Positions 12,450 to 24,850 of a stretch of DNA of 64,000 nucleotides are shown one piece after another. The translations under genes and the position numbers were made by a program. Position 1 is the first letter of the stretch. The number at the start of each line of letters is the position of its first letter. The stretch is from Selaginella moellendorffii (Eukaryota > Plantae > Lycopodiophyta), in assembly GCF_000143415.4 (NCBI RefSeq), contig NW_003314281.1:118417-182416 (forward strand), read 5' to 3'. The notes beneath the pieces are model-generated. The model had not been told where the DNA came from. It saw only the letters and a list, made by a program, of their open reading frames with translations, and did no database searches.

Positions 12450-12857
12450 ATGGCTTGCAAGTTGTTCTTCTTTTTAGCTCTTCTTGTTTGTGGGGGAGTT
12501 GTGATAGTGAATGGGGCTGAGTGTTTTGGAAATCCCAATCCAGGCTATTCTGTCCAGCAATATCAACAAGCTGCTCAAAGGATTTGCAATGGCGGGTTCT
12601 CTGATTTCAGCCTTGACTTGGGGCAATTGCCTCATAGCCAGTTCCGGATGGTGATCCAGGCACATTGGGACGGCAACAGCAAGCAACATTGCTGGGTAGA
12701 TTCCAAACATTTCCCCTCAAATTCTGATTTGTAAAAATTTCAGGGTGCCTTCAACAATATCATTAGCCAATGTGTCCAGGGCGCACGTTGGAACGGTGGG
12801 CGCTGGGATTGGGTTTTCAATGGTCAACTTGAACACTACTATCTTCAGGCTTTTTAA
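12450..12857 (+). CDS. Small secreted cysteine-containing protein, 119 aa, 2 exons (12450-12695, 12744-12857)
   Basis: Signal peptide MACKLFFFLALLVCGGVVIVNGA; 48 nt GT-AG intron; exon 2 continues in frame as GAFNNIISQCVQGARWNGGRWDWVFNGQLEHYYLQAF*. TATA-like TATATA lies at about 12395. Confidence 0.8.
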
Positions 12858-12966
12858 GCATTTCTTGCAGGATTGTTCAAGCTGCCAGTAAAACATTTCA
12901 AAGGCGCCCGAATTGGATCTTCGGTTTCAAGCTTTTTAAGCATTTCTTGCTTGATTGTTCAAGCTG
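12844..12966. repeat. 41 bp imperfect direct repeat spanning the stop codon and 3'UTR
   Basis: ttcaggctttttaagcatttcttgcaggattgttcaagctg (12844-12884) versus ttcaagctttttaagcatttcttgcttgattgttcaagctg (12926-12966). Confidence 0.8.
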
Positions 12967-13741
12967 AATAAGCATACCAAAATTTATAACGACAAGCTGC
13001 TTGGTTTTAGCAGGAACTATTTCTCGAGTCTCCCTGCTTCATGGCTGGACAACTCGATCTAGGAGTGGAAGTTTTCATGGACTCCGTGAAAGTATCTGTC
13101 CAGTGCCCAGAAATTGCTCTCATACCTGGGATGCTTTCTTCTCTCAAAACTGCCGCTCCAAAAATCACATTTTCCTGCAAAGAACTGATAAGAATTCACT
13201 TAGTCCATTCAAAAACACCAAGCATACCGATAAGAACTTGACATTTCAGAGGCATTTTATACGAAATGTGTTTTACTTCCTTCAAACGCACACGCATGGA
13301 AGCAAATTAAAATGACATCGCTCGACACGGGTAAGAGATTAAACACCTTACCTGGATAGTTCCCTGAGTCATCTCAACAAAATACGGGAAGTTCACGCGG
13401 CACGAGTAAAAATATGCTGCTATACATCCGCCGTATAAAAGCTTTATATGTATCGTCCAAGTTGCTTGGTTGCTTGCTGTGTGTTGTGTGTTGTATGTGT
13501 GTAGTAGCTGTGTGTATTGTGTATGTTTCAATGTATCCTTGATACATCTCGATTCCTGTTGTCAGAAGAATCACAAAGTAGTCAGAAACTTCACAAGATT
13601 TTACCGGAAGTTACAAACCTTTCAGACTCGCAATCGCTTCCACCGGTCTCTATGCCTCACATCGAATCTGTAACCTGTGGCTCCTTTCCCCATACCCTGC
13701 CAAGCAGGCTTGTGCATTCAGCATCTGCCTTCCTCGATTGA

Positions 13742-16700
13742 TCAAGTCATCTCCAGCAGACCGACCACTTTGGAAGGCCTCACTCTTTCAATGGATTCCT
13801 CACCATGCCTTACCCATTCTGAGAGCCTCCAGGGCTTTTGCCATTTCCACTTGAAGTGGAAAGACCACCGCTGCTGATGACTTTGCTTCCATTTCCAAAG
13901 CTTTCCAGTTTGAAAACCTGGCTGCTTTGTCATTAGTCCAGGCTCGAGGGAGGCCAACTGCAAGTCAACCCAATCTATGATTTAGTACGTGGTTCTCATA
14001 AGTGAAGAATATGGTTCTCATAACTGAAGACTATCGTGTTTACCTTTCGGACGTCGTAATCTGACGAACCATCGACGCTATTGTTTGTAGTATACTGCAA
14101 GTGCTTGGATCCGGAGGCTGCAAGTTGTGAGAAACCCAACGACAGCTCCTCCATTCCACATCTCACCGCAACGTCCGCACCAGCCTGACGGGAAATTGTA
14201 AGTCTTGGTGTCAGTGCACGCGAAACTTTTTATCTACCTTTGTCGCCGCAGCAAGGGCCACGGCAACAGCTTGCTCTTTCAACCGCTGTTGCCTGTCAAG
14301 TTCCTGTCTGCGTGCATCGGAGAGCTTCAAGGCATCGTTGAGCTCAACGATTTTGTCCTTCAACTCCCGTATCTCAGTCTCCCTGTCTTGAAGATCGCAC
14401 CTGGAATTCACAAGAACCTTGTTGGCTTCTTATACAGAGACAGGGAAATTCTATACCGAGCACACACAGCTGCACCGAATGTTACGTTGAGTAGTGCTTT
14501 GGCCTCCCCCAAAGTTTTTAAATGGAGCCATCGTGCATGACCGTTGAGCTCGCGCTCTTCGGCTTCAGAGAGTTCTGATGCCATTGAAACCAATGCATCT
14601 GAAGATGCATTCAACATGTTCTCAAGTAAATCAATTTGCCCGTGCATCGGTAAAAAATTGCTGCATCAGTTGAAATCATCAGACATTAAACAAGATAAAC
14701 TTCTGTAGCATACCCGTTTTGCGCATTGTATGAACGATCATACATTTCCTCCGCCTTTAGCTTTGACAGTTCATTAGCAAGAGCAGTGCGCCTACGAAAG
14801 TAAAAACTTTGAGAACACACGTTGGAAGAAATAAAAGCCTCGACTTACGCTTCACTCTGCTTGTCATAAGCTACACGAACTTCGTGAACATGAAGGGCCA
14901 CTTCGATCTCACGATCAACCCAACTGTGTAAGACTTTATCATCCGCCTGTAAATCGAGAGTTTTAAAAGCCGAAAGGAGAGAAGCACAACTATGACCTGA
15001 AAAGCGTGTCCATTGTCTGTTAAAGTGCCTGTCCAGTTCGAGTTAGAGTAACAGAAAACAACAGTCTTGCCACGAACCTGCCTCCCGTCCAGATAACTTG
15101 CGAGACTCCAAAACCTCCTTCAGGCGCCGTGTAGCAATTGCAGCTTCCTCCGTCTTCCTTTGAAGAACCTGAAACAACAGTGTTCACGAAGAACTTACGA
15201 ACTACCAAAAGAAACCATTTTTTGATGCTGATGCAGTGCCCGTAATTTGTGCATTTCGTATTCATTTCTTCGTCCTTCTTTCCGTAACTGTAGCAAGAGG
15301 CTGTTTACAAGACAATTACAAATTAAATAGATGTTACCTGCAACAGTTCTTTCTCACGAGCAGCCTTCCACAACCGGAACTGCTCAGATTCCTGCTTAAT
15401 TTTTTGTTGCAATTGCACCTTCACACCACGATAACAGACGAATAAAAGAGTAAAAGAAGAATCAGTAAAGTCCAGCAGAGCACACCTTTTGTTGTTTGAT
15501 TCGATGGATTTCGTCATGCAAACGTCTCGCAGCCTCGTCACTGCGCTGTTTTTGTTTTAGCAACTGCGACTGATTATCTTGCTTCTTTTTCAAATCAGCT
15601 ATCTGATAAAACGTAAGACATAAGCAAATATTTTATTTCTAAGTGGGAAAATCTACTTGCCTGATATTCGAGTTCTTTAAGCTTTTGAATGTATGAATCT
15701 TGCATTTTGTGTGTTTGCTCATCAGAGGCGGTAGCAAGATTTTCTAGCTCGGCAAGTAAAACATCTCTCTCCCTCTACAGTTTCGAGTAAGTAAAAATCG
15801 ATTCTAGCAAAATTAACGTACCTGCAATGCCTTCTTCTCTTCTTCGAGCTCAACCAGCTTTCTTTCGAAATGCTGCTTTAGAACCATAGAGTCAGATTTT
15901 GTGAACGACTTCATCTCCGCCTGAAACAATACACAAGCATGAGAACTAGTCCAACTAGTCACATGAAAGTATCACCTCTTTCTGAGCAAGTTTCTTGTTT
16001 AATTCTTGTAACTCTTTGTCCAGACTGTCCTGAAGTATAGTGTGCTCCAATTCTTTGGCATGTGTGTCTATCTCAGGCGAGAGATCGCTGGGAATTTCCA
16101 GGTCTACCACTGCCGGAGCACTCCCGTTCATGCAACTCATCATTGGTGGATGGCAACTCTGAACAGTTTGTTGAGAAGCACGAGCTTTCAGCTGCTGCAA
16201 CTCAGTTTCAAGCTCTTTAATCCGTGAAACTTGATTAGCTAGAATTGTTTCTGCCTGAAAAAATTGACCCAAAACATGACACTTTTTGTCGGCATAAATT
16301 GTTACCTGTGATGTCACACCCTCGCGGTTTTCATACTGAGATCCACAATGCACCTGTAAACAAAGCTCTTACATCAATAGCCCAACTATAAACTCGAAGA
16401 ATATCCTACATGAGTTTGCTGCATAAGGGCCTCAAGAGCATCACGAGATTGTTGTAGCTCCAAACATAATTCGGCATTTCTGGCTTCGAGCCATACGACC
16501 TTTTGTTTAAGTATCTGCAAAGCAAGATCAAGAAAACAGATTTGTAACTTTGACATGACAAACCTGGAGGTCGTCAGAACTATTTGCCTCCTGCGCACAA
16601 AGAAGTTGATTTTGTAGAATTTCAATCTGCTGTCTTAATTTTAGAAGTTCTGCTGCAGCTGGATCACGATTTACCTGCAATAAAGATTCCTTTTACATGT

Positions 16701-18257
16701 TTTTAATGTGCTAAAAACACTTACAGTCGGCTTGTTTTGAATATTTCGAGCCCGATTAGCATACTTCAGAGTGTTGAGAGTTTCTTCTGCGTTAGAATCT
16801 GCAGGGCTGACGCATGCTGCGTCGGACCAAACGTGTGATTGGAAGAAAACAAAAATTAAAAAGCATACCTATCATAACAGTCCTGCTGTTGCCACCAAGG
16901 GAGTCCTGCACAGGTTTTCTTGTCAAAACGCAATAAAAAAAACCTACGCAACAGTACCTGCAATAGACGAGTGAGTTTGCTATCCCTATAAGGAACATGC
17001 CCTCCTTCTTTACGTTTTTTATCATCTCCCAAAGCACTGATGACATTTCCAAGAGCTAAAAGTCCCTTATTGATATGAACACCTGCAAACAGAAAGTTAA
17101 ACCTGACGTGAAACCACTAATAAAACCAACCTTCTTTGAAACGCAACCCATCCGTTCCAGTCCGTTTTGCTCGTTCCGACCCTGCAAGATCCACCAAGTG
17201 CAGCTTGGCGGATAAGTAGTCGTCCTCAGGTGAGCCAACTAAAGGGTCTGGCCTTCTACGTTGCTCCATCGTGATCGTAAAAATGGCATGGGAACGACTG
17301 TGAAAGAAGAACGTTAGTAAAACATAAAAATTGCCAAGTACTGTGATTACCTTGAGTGTGTATTCATATTAGTACTCCCCGTCGCACGAAATGCAGATCC
17401 TTGCTCTAGACACGAGGACATTTCATGCAGATTAGTTACGTCGATTTCAGTAACGCTGGAAAGTGTGATTCCTCCTCCCGTAGTCTCACGAATTAGGATA
17501 GGTGGCTTTCCAGGTGAGCAAGGCTTGACGCCAAAGACACCAACAAATGGCTCTTGTTTGACAGTCTGGGAAGGGTTCGTGTCAAGGAGGTCGTGAATTT
17601 CCTCCTTGAGTATCTACAAACTGCGCAGTTAACAACGCGCAAAGAAAAAAAAAACAGCAAGTTACCTCAATAAAAGAGACCCGCAACTGGAAATCAGCTT
17701 TGTCTTTGAGCTTCTCGATCTTCCGAAAAAGTGTCTCCATGACCCTTCTGATGATTCCTTCGGCATTCCCACCAGTTCCCATCGTGTATGTTTTGCCTGA
17801 TCCAGTCTACACTAGCGCCAAAAGCATTGCGTCAGGTGCTTGTCCATGAAATAAAAAAGAAACGCTTGCCTGTCCATACGCCAAAACTGTTGCATTATAC
17901 CCGTGAAAGAGGCCATCAACCAACGGAGCTACGCACTCTTCAAAAATGTGTGAAGGCGGAGAGGCGGCGCTTCCATAGACGTGATCGAATGTGAAAACAT
18001 GAGAACCCAGTTGGACCTGGAATGAATCACCTCGAATGAAAAAAGCGTGGCAGCTGACAAGAAAGAGGAGAAAGTACCTGTGGTTCGTTTGGTACCGGAG
18101 AAACGCATTCCTTACAACCTTGGATTCGTTCTTGCAAAATCAATGGGCGGATATGCACGGCAACCTGGACTGCCTGGAGAACCTGATCCTTCTCTGCCGA
18201 TGCTACGCCCCCTTCTGCCGTTGCCTCAATCCCGTTTGCGCAACAATCCATTCCCAT
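13742..18257 (-). CDS. KIN4A: Kinesin-4 family motor, FRA1/KIN4A-type, multi-exon
   Basis: [76 protein letters not shown], coiled coils, and the C-terminal KLWKWK...[14 protein letters not shown] tail of FRA1-type kinesin-4. Confidence 0.93.
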
Positions 18258-19272
18258 CCACTGGCTAGAGCTTAGATAGACCGCGCAGCCACGAAATATC
18301 TACATCCAAGGCGCTCCCTTCCACCTACATTGGAGCTCTCGGCCGCATCGCTCCCCGCGGCAAGAATTCTCGAGAAGAATCGGCCTCACCTGGAGCATTC
18401 CAAAAATCTTGATCATCGATCGATCAAAATCGGTGCTTCCGCTAGCCTCGCGCCCCCGGCGCCGCCAAACCCTACTTAGAATCGCGAGGAATCGCGCGCA
18501 ACAAGAATGTGCCAAACCTAAAAAAGCCTGGTGGGAAGTGAGTTGTTTGTGTGTGTGGTGTGTTCTCTTTGCTGGCTTCCATTGTCAAGGAATGATTCCT
18601 GTTGTTGCGCCGTCAAAACTAACGAACCCAGACAGACTCCGTCCATAGAATATGCCATCTCCGTCAGATAGTTGACGGACCGTACGTCTCGGCGGGATAT
18701 ACCAGAGCATCCTTTTGAATTTGACTCCCATCTCTTTGGTGTCAAGGTTGAGGAACCTCGAAACCACTTTGAAAGCGATGTGCTAGACAAAAGAATGGTC
18801 TTTTTTATTGTGGCATGGAAATTTTCGTGATGGCTTTAGAGATATGCTCTTTGAGGGTGGAAGTTATGATGATCACATCCTAGCATTCAAAAAAATTTGA
18901 AGCAGCCACCAACTAGAAATTCGTATTTTAATTATATGGTTCCTTTTTCCCCACTCTAGATTCTTGTGCTTAATCTAATATTAATATCAATACTAATCTA
19001 TATTTCCTTTCCATATTCCAAACACTCTAATGCAAAGTCTTACTAAGAATTTGCCTTACAAAGGTTTAACGTTACGTAATTAATTTCATATCGATCATAG
19101 TTTTGGATTGATCATGGAGCTTAGTCCAAGCCACGATGGTCTCTCCGTGCCAGATCTCGATCGGACGGCTGTCCTTGCCCCTTATCTGATCGGACGGTCG
19201 GGACGCCTTCGTGTGACGTGTTAGCGAGCTAAAAAAGGAACAGGGTGTGGAAGTAGAGTCGACGGAGAAGCC

Positions 19273-19607
19273 ATGGCGGAGGGCGGGTTTGGCGAATCGA
19301 TCCACCAGGTATGCAGGCAATGCTCAAAGCTGCCGATCGATCCATCCATCGCTAGATCTCTGTTAGGGTTTAATGCCTTCTTGCGCTTTGCCCGATCGCG
19401 CAGGACACGAGATCGCGGGGCGGATTTAATCCCACACTGACGGTGCTACTGGTGGTAGTCGGCGTGGTGCTGCTGTTCGTGATTGGAAACTACGCGCTCT
19501 ACATTTATGCACAGAAGACGCTCCCCGGGCGGAAGAAGAAGCCCGTGTCCAAGAAAAAAATGAAGAGGGAGAGGCTCAAGCAGGGCATGGCGCCAGTGGG
19601 TGATTAA
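19273..19607 (+). CDS. S1FA: S1FA-family small protein, 79 aa, 2 exons (19273-19308, 19404-19607); absent from the ORF track
   Basis: [55 protein letters not shown] is the S1FA signature. Confidence 0.93.
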
Positions 19608-19908
19608 GCTTACTCATGTTCTTTCTTCTCAATTGAAATTCAAACTCTCCTGTACGGTAGAACTTCCGTGCAAGACACTAGAACCCCGTACAAGAACCTG
19701 GCATATGCTATTTTCTGAATGGGTCGTTTCGTACGCGGCCAGGGATCATTCCTTCTAGATTAATAGACGTGCATGCTATGCCACCAATAAAGTATTTTAA
19801 TAGGGATACAACCTCCAACCTTAGGAAGCCGGAGATTGCACATTTGGAGTTTCATCATCGGTGAGCCTTTAAATCGAAGGAATCTTTGCCTACTTTAATG
19901 GCCCTTTC

Positions 19909-20100
19909 CACGTGGTGCGGTTTTTTATTCCACGTGTCGCCGTCGCCGCCGTGCGATGGACAAGTAGATCTTTTACTTTCTTACACGTTTCGACGTGGCA
20001 GGCTTGATCACATCAACGGTGTTTTGTCACGCTTGTCCCGCCCGTTGGATGCTGGCCCACTGGACGGCCTAGATGGTGGGCATTATTTGGGGTAACGTGG
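19909..20100. promoter_or_regulatory. Cluster of G-box/ACGT elements upstream of the CIP7-like gene
   Basis: CACGTG at 19909 and 19931, ACACGT at 19983, GACGTGGC at 19992 and AACGTGG at 20094. Confidence 0.5.
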
Positions 20101-20469
20101 ACCGTAGGATTTAACCACCCAGGACGGCGGGGATGATACAGAGCTCTCTCTGGCTATGGCATCCAGGGCTTGAAAACGCGCGAGGCGGAGCTCTCTGACA
20201 GGCGCTGTCGCGGCGATAGCGGCTGTTTCAAGGTCTGTGTCGATTCGAAGAGCTTGCGGGATTGATCTAGAGCCTACATTTCGTGATCTCGATGCTTCTC
20301 CTCCGATAGGGCTATTGTCGTTAGATTTCTGAGCGCTAGCGAGTGGATCTGTGCGAGAAACCTGTGATTGCGCTGCGGCATTCTATCCTCACTGCCTGTT
20401 TTGTGCGATGCAGTTCATGCCTTGGCGGAGACTCATCGCGGCAGCTGTAGCGAGCATAAAATCCGCACA

Positions 20470-23400
20470 ATGAGGTCGGAAGCTCGCCTAGACTGTGCGA
20501 CATTTCAGCTGGATGAAGCGCGGACAAGGTAGTTTTTTTATTTCTAGATTGAGGAAAGCGTGCTTTTCTTAAAACGTTCTTGGATGAATAGGTGCGAGCT
20601 TTGGGTTGCTGCGGGGAACGAGACGGAAAAGCTAGCCTCTGGATCACTCAAACCATTTCTCTCTCACTTGAAAGCGGCACAGGAGCAAATTGCATTGGGC
20701 CAGACATCCATTACGCTTCAAGTTCCATCCAATGCTCAAACGTTGTGGTTCACAAAAGGCACCATAGAAAGGTAGATAATTTGTTTCTCTTTTCTTCTTT
20801 GTGTATGTCATGGCTAAGAATTTTTTCCATCCAGATTTGTGAGGTTTGTGACGACGCCAGATGTGCTAGAGCGAGTGAGTATTGTCGAAACTGAAAGGCG
20901 CCAGCTTGAAGAAGCGATCAATATTTTGGCTGTGGTACGCGATGTCTATTTCTCATCCCTCTTTATTTGCTACTTAAACGTTTACTCGTCATGTAGGGTG
21001 ATCAGCAGCACAGCGCAGGTATGCAATTGTTTCTCTAAAAAATTGATACTAGCTTGTATATTTTGTTGCAGGAGCAGCTGGAACTGAAGTGCAGGTACTT
21101 CTTGAGAGTTGTTTTTAGAAAATCACTTGTGTCTTAATGAATGTGGTTTTTACAGGACTTGATCGATGACGATGCAGCAGGAGACAGCTCAAAGTATGAA
21201 CTTTCATTGTTTGAGTTTTTCTGTCTCTGATTTTTTTCATTTGTAGAAGCCAGCTACTGGTTGCAATGGACGCAAGGCGGATTATGCTTGATAAGGAGCA
21301 GCTTAATGCCTTTGCACGAGCTGCGGCTGCTGGTTTTTATGTGGGGTGCATGACAGATCTAATTGACTTTTCTCAATATTTTGGAGCTTCTAGATTTCGG
21401 TAATATTTATCTTCACTGGAATAAAGCTCATATATCACCCATGCTTTTTTCAGGGAAGCATGTGTAAAGTTCGGGACAGTATATAAGAAAATGCAGGAGA
21501 AAGGCCAACTTTCGGACCTAGAGGTTGATATTGTAGCAGATGCCGGTAAGTTTGATTCTCTCGTCAAAACACGATCGCCTAAATGACCTTTTTCAGGTGA
21601 AGATAAGAATATTAAATCTCGCCGGACATGGGCTGCGCAAGGTAACTCTCCGTTTGAGTCCTTTCCGGAGCCGCTCGAAACAATCGATGATGTGCTAAAG
21701 GCTGCTCCTGCATCTCATGGTTTTAGAACAATTCCAGATAGTCCTCCAAATGTCACGTCACCGTCACAGCAAGAAACTCCTCCATCAAGGCGACTTCCAC
21801 GACGAGTCTCATCTCCGAGGAGGAGGTCGTGTTCCCCGATGAGAAAAGTACAGATTGCTCGTTCTGGCTCACGACGACAAGGGATGGTTGTTATCAGAAA
21901 TATCAACTATGCAAGCCCGGGTTCTGGTAAACATGCTCAACCAGCTACGATGAACGACAGCAACACTGAGGAAAGTGATTCCGTCATGGAGATGGAGAGT
22001 GAGGACAACAAAGAGGAGAACCATCGACGGCTGAGCGTCCAAGATGCTATAAGTCTTTTTGAACGAAAACAAAGAGATTCTTTGGAATCGCAGTCGTCAA
22101 AAGGGGAACGCAGAGGTTCAGTGGAAACAGGAAAGACAGTTCTTAGACGATGGAGTAGCATCGGTGACAGCAGCACAGTTGGTGAAGAGGAAGGTGAAGA
22201 CTTTGGTGAACCGGCAAGCATCTCAGCAACTAAAGAAATAGGCACTAGTGGAGGGGATCATCGTCAGCCTGCTAGCCAGGAGCAGCATCCCATGACGAGC
22301 CAGGAAGATTTATCAAGCATCCCAAGGATTGAGGAACGAAGGAAGTCTTGGGTAACGGCTCAAAAGGATCTGGAGTGGAAGTTTCAACAACTAAAACTCC
22401 AGGAAGCGGCTCTGCCAGCGGCTAGAAGCTCCAAGGATCTAGTCCAAGGCACTCCACCCCCTCAGGCAACGGCTGCTAATATGCAGTTTGGCTTCCAATA
22501 TCGTGCGGAAAAATCCAGCAGAGGTGCAGTGTCCAGGTCGTGGAGTGCTTCATCAGAGCAAGATTTGGTATCCATTGTTCGTCAAGCCGGGATGACTGCA
22601 GCAGCAGAAGGTCCGAGCAATCAAGGAAATCAGCGCGAGCATGGCCGTCTCTACGAGCAGTACAGAGAAAGGAGAGACGCAAAAATCAGGCAAGAGTCGG
22701 GCTTGAAGAAAGCAGAAAGAGAATCCAGACTGAAGGCTATGCAAGAGATTCTGGACAAGAGAAAGGCAGAGCTTGTAGCTGGAGGAGGTCGATCGTCGGA
22801 GAAATTTAACGAACGGCAAGTTGTGAAGTCTACTTCTTCTAGAAAGGTGATCATTTGCGTGCATACGTATACGTGAGGATTTCTAACCAGTTTCTTGCAG
22901 GCAATGCTGCAAGGAGGAAGAACGACTACGGCCAGCAGGAGCAGTCCCACAGTGTCATCGTTACAGTCGACACCCCGGGCTACTAGGCAGCAGCTTCCTC
23001 CTGAGCCGAGGCCTAGAGCAGCAAGAAAGCTCTCGCCGGGTCCGCAAAAGCCCGTCTCTGGACCGAGTGCTCGTAATTCAACGTCTTCCCCAAAGCTGCC
23101 AAGGAGCACGGTAGCATCAAGTCAACGTAGGCCATCCGGAATGTCTGACAACCCGCTAAGCCGTTCGATGCCTTCATTATCAGAGTTGAGAAAAGAGAAC
23201 ACGCGGCCGTCAGTGCGAACTCCTCAAGCTGTGCAGCAAAGTAAGGTAGCACCTGCGAAGAACTCAAAAATACCCGGTATGAATTCTACTCGCCCGAAAT
23301 CTGCGAGCAAGGTACTACCGCTGGAGTCCAACGGGGTTGTGCCATCGGATTTTAAGTCAGATACTCCTCCGAAGCGGAAGACTCTATTTACGACATCGAA

Positions 23401-24484
23401 TGCAGACAGCCAAATTCTCACACCCCTCAAGCTTCTACAAGCGCAACAGGCTCTCTCTCGGATTCCAACTCCAAAGCAAGTCACTACTCTCCAGGAAACC
23501 AAGACGTTTCTTCGCAAAGGGCGTGGCATTGGACCGGGTGCAGGTCCAGTTGTTATGAAGCTGAAGGTGGCATCAGCTTCGGATGCAGAAGAGGAGGATA
23601 AACCAGAGGAAGGCGACTTGAGTGAAGGTCGCGATATCAGCCTTCCATCAACGGATTTGCATGCTGAGCCTTCAAACTTCGGTGCTCCACCGTTAGCTCC
23701 CGACAAGCCGGAAGAAGTGCCAGGCTCGGTGAGGGAGTCTCAAGAAATGGACATCGATACGAGCAGTGTCGAGGGAGACCAGAAGGCAGACACAGATATC
23801 TGTGTAGACGCAACATGTCCGGACGACACGGTTCCTGCGAGCGATCCTCCTCCTCTTCGGACAGAGATTCACGGCGCCGTCGACCTTGAAGTTCCGATGG
23901 AGTGGGGGGTTACAGATTTGCAAGCCAACATCGACTCGAAAGCAAAGCTGACATTGATTCAACATATAGCGACGGAGAACTATGTTTCGTATGAAGATCG
24001 AGGAATGGCACCGCTTCCTGCTATCGGAGTACCAGTTCTCCGTCAAGCAACATCCCCAGACTTGAATGGAGTAAAAGTCCAGCGGAAGAAATGGGGAAGC
24101 TCGCAGCAAAAGACCATTCCAGTAGTCACAGTACAACAGCAGGGGAGCAAGGAGGGTCCCAAAGGCTTCAAGCGCTTGCTAAAGTTTGGTAGGAAGAGCC
24201 GTGGCAGTGGCAGCAGCAACACTGCTGAGTGGGTCTCGGCTTCAACTACGTCTGAGGGTGATGAAGACTCGGACGTCTCCAGAGACACCAGTGCTGGCTA
24301 CGGCAACGGGAGCTCATTTATTCGGAGGAGCATCGAAGCGTACTCTAAAGAGCCCGATCACACTGGTACGTTTTGCTTTGGATACAGTTTTAATTGTTCT
24401 GACGAATGGCTTTCAGCAGGATCACGGTCTTTTTTCTCGCTTTCAAATTTTCGTAGCAAAGGCAGCGATTCTAAAAGTCGATGA
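20470..24484 (+). CDS. CIP7: COP1-interacting protein 7 (CIP7)-related protein, multi-exon
   Basis: [14 protein letters not shown]...CELWV...[16 protein letters not shown]...[22 protein letters not shown]; [13 protein letters not shown]; LRRWS; [14 protein letters not shown]; C-terminal [17 protein letters not shown]. Confidence 0.88.
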
Positions 24485-24850
24485 CGCCCGTTAGCGATGT
24501 TATGGTTTTTTGTAGGAACTTTTTGCTCTCTTTCTCGGGTAGAAGAAGAAGCAGTGGTGTTTGCTGGAAACATGAAAGATAAGCAGAGGTGTATATACTT
24601 CTTTCTCAATCAGTAATATGTTTCTTGAGATTTTAGATTCCAGACAGAGCGAGTTCACTAAGCTGTTTGACCACTCGCGTGCCGTCGGCTTGGACTCGGT
24701 CAGATCAAATGTTGTTTATTGTATTGACGAGACTAAACCGTGGATTAGACTGAATGGGGGGCGAACTCTCCGGTCGAAGCTGAGGCATTGCTCTTCCAGC
24801 AAATGAGGATCTCTCTTTCAGTCCGTGATCAACAGGTGGGCGAAGATCGC

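Noticed and set aside
24366-24419. Apparent coding stretch [18 protein letters not shown] in the CIP7-like ORF
   Set aside because: Most likely an ordinary stop-free 51/54 nt intron with a NAGNAG acceptor.
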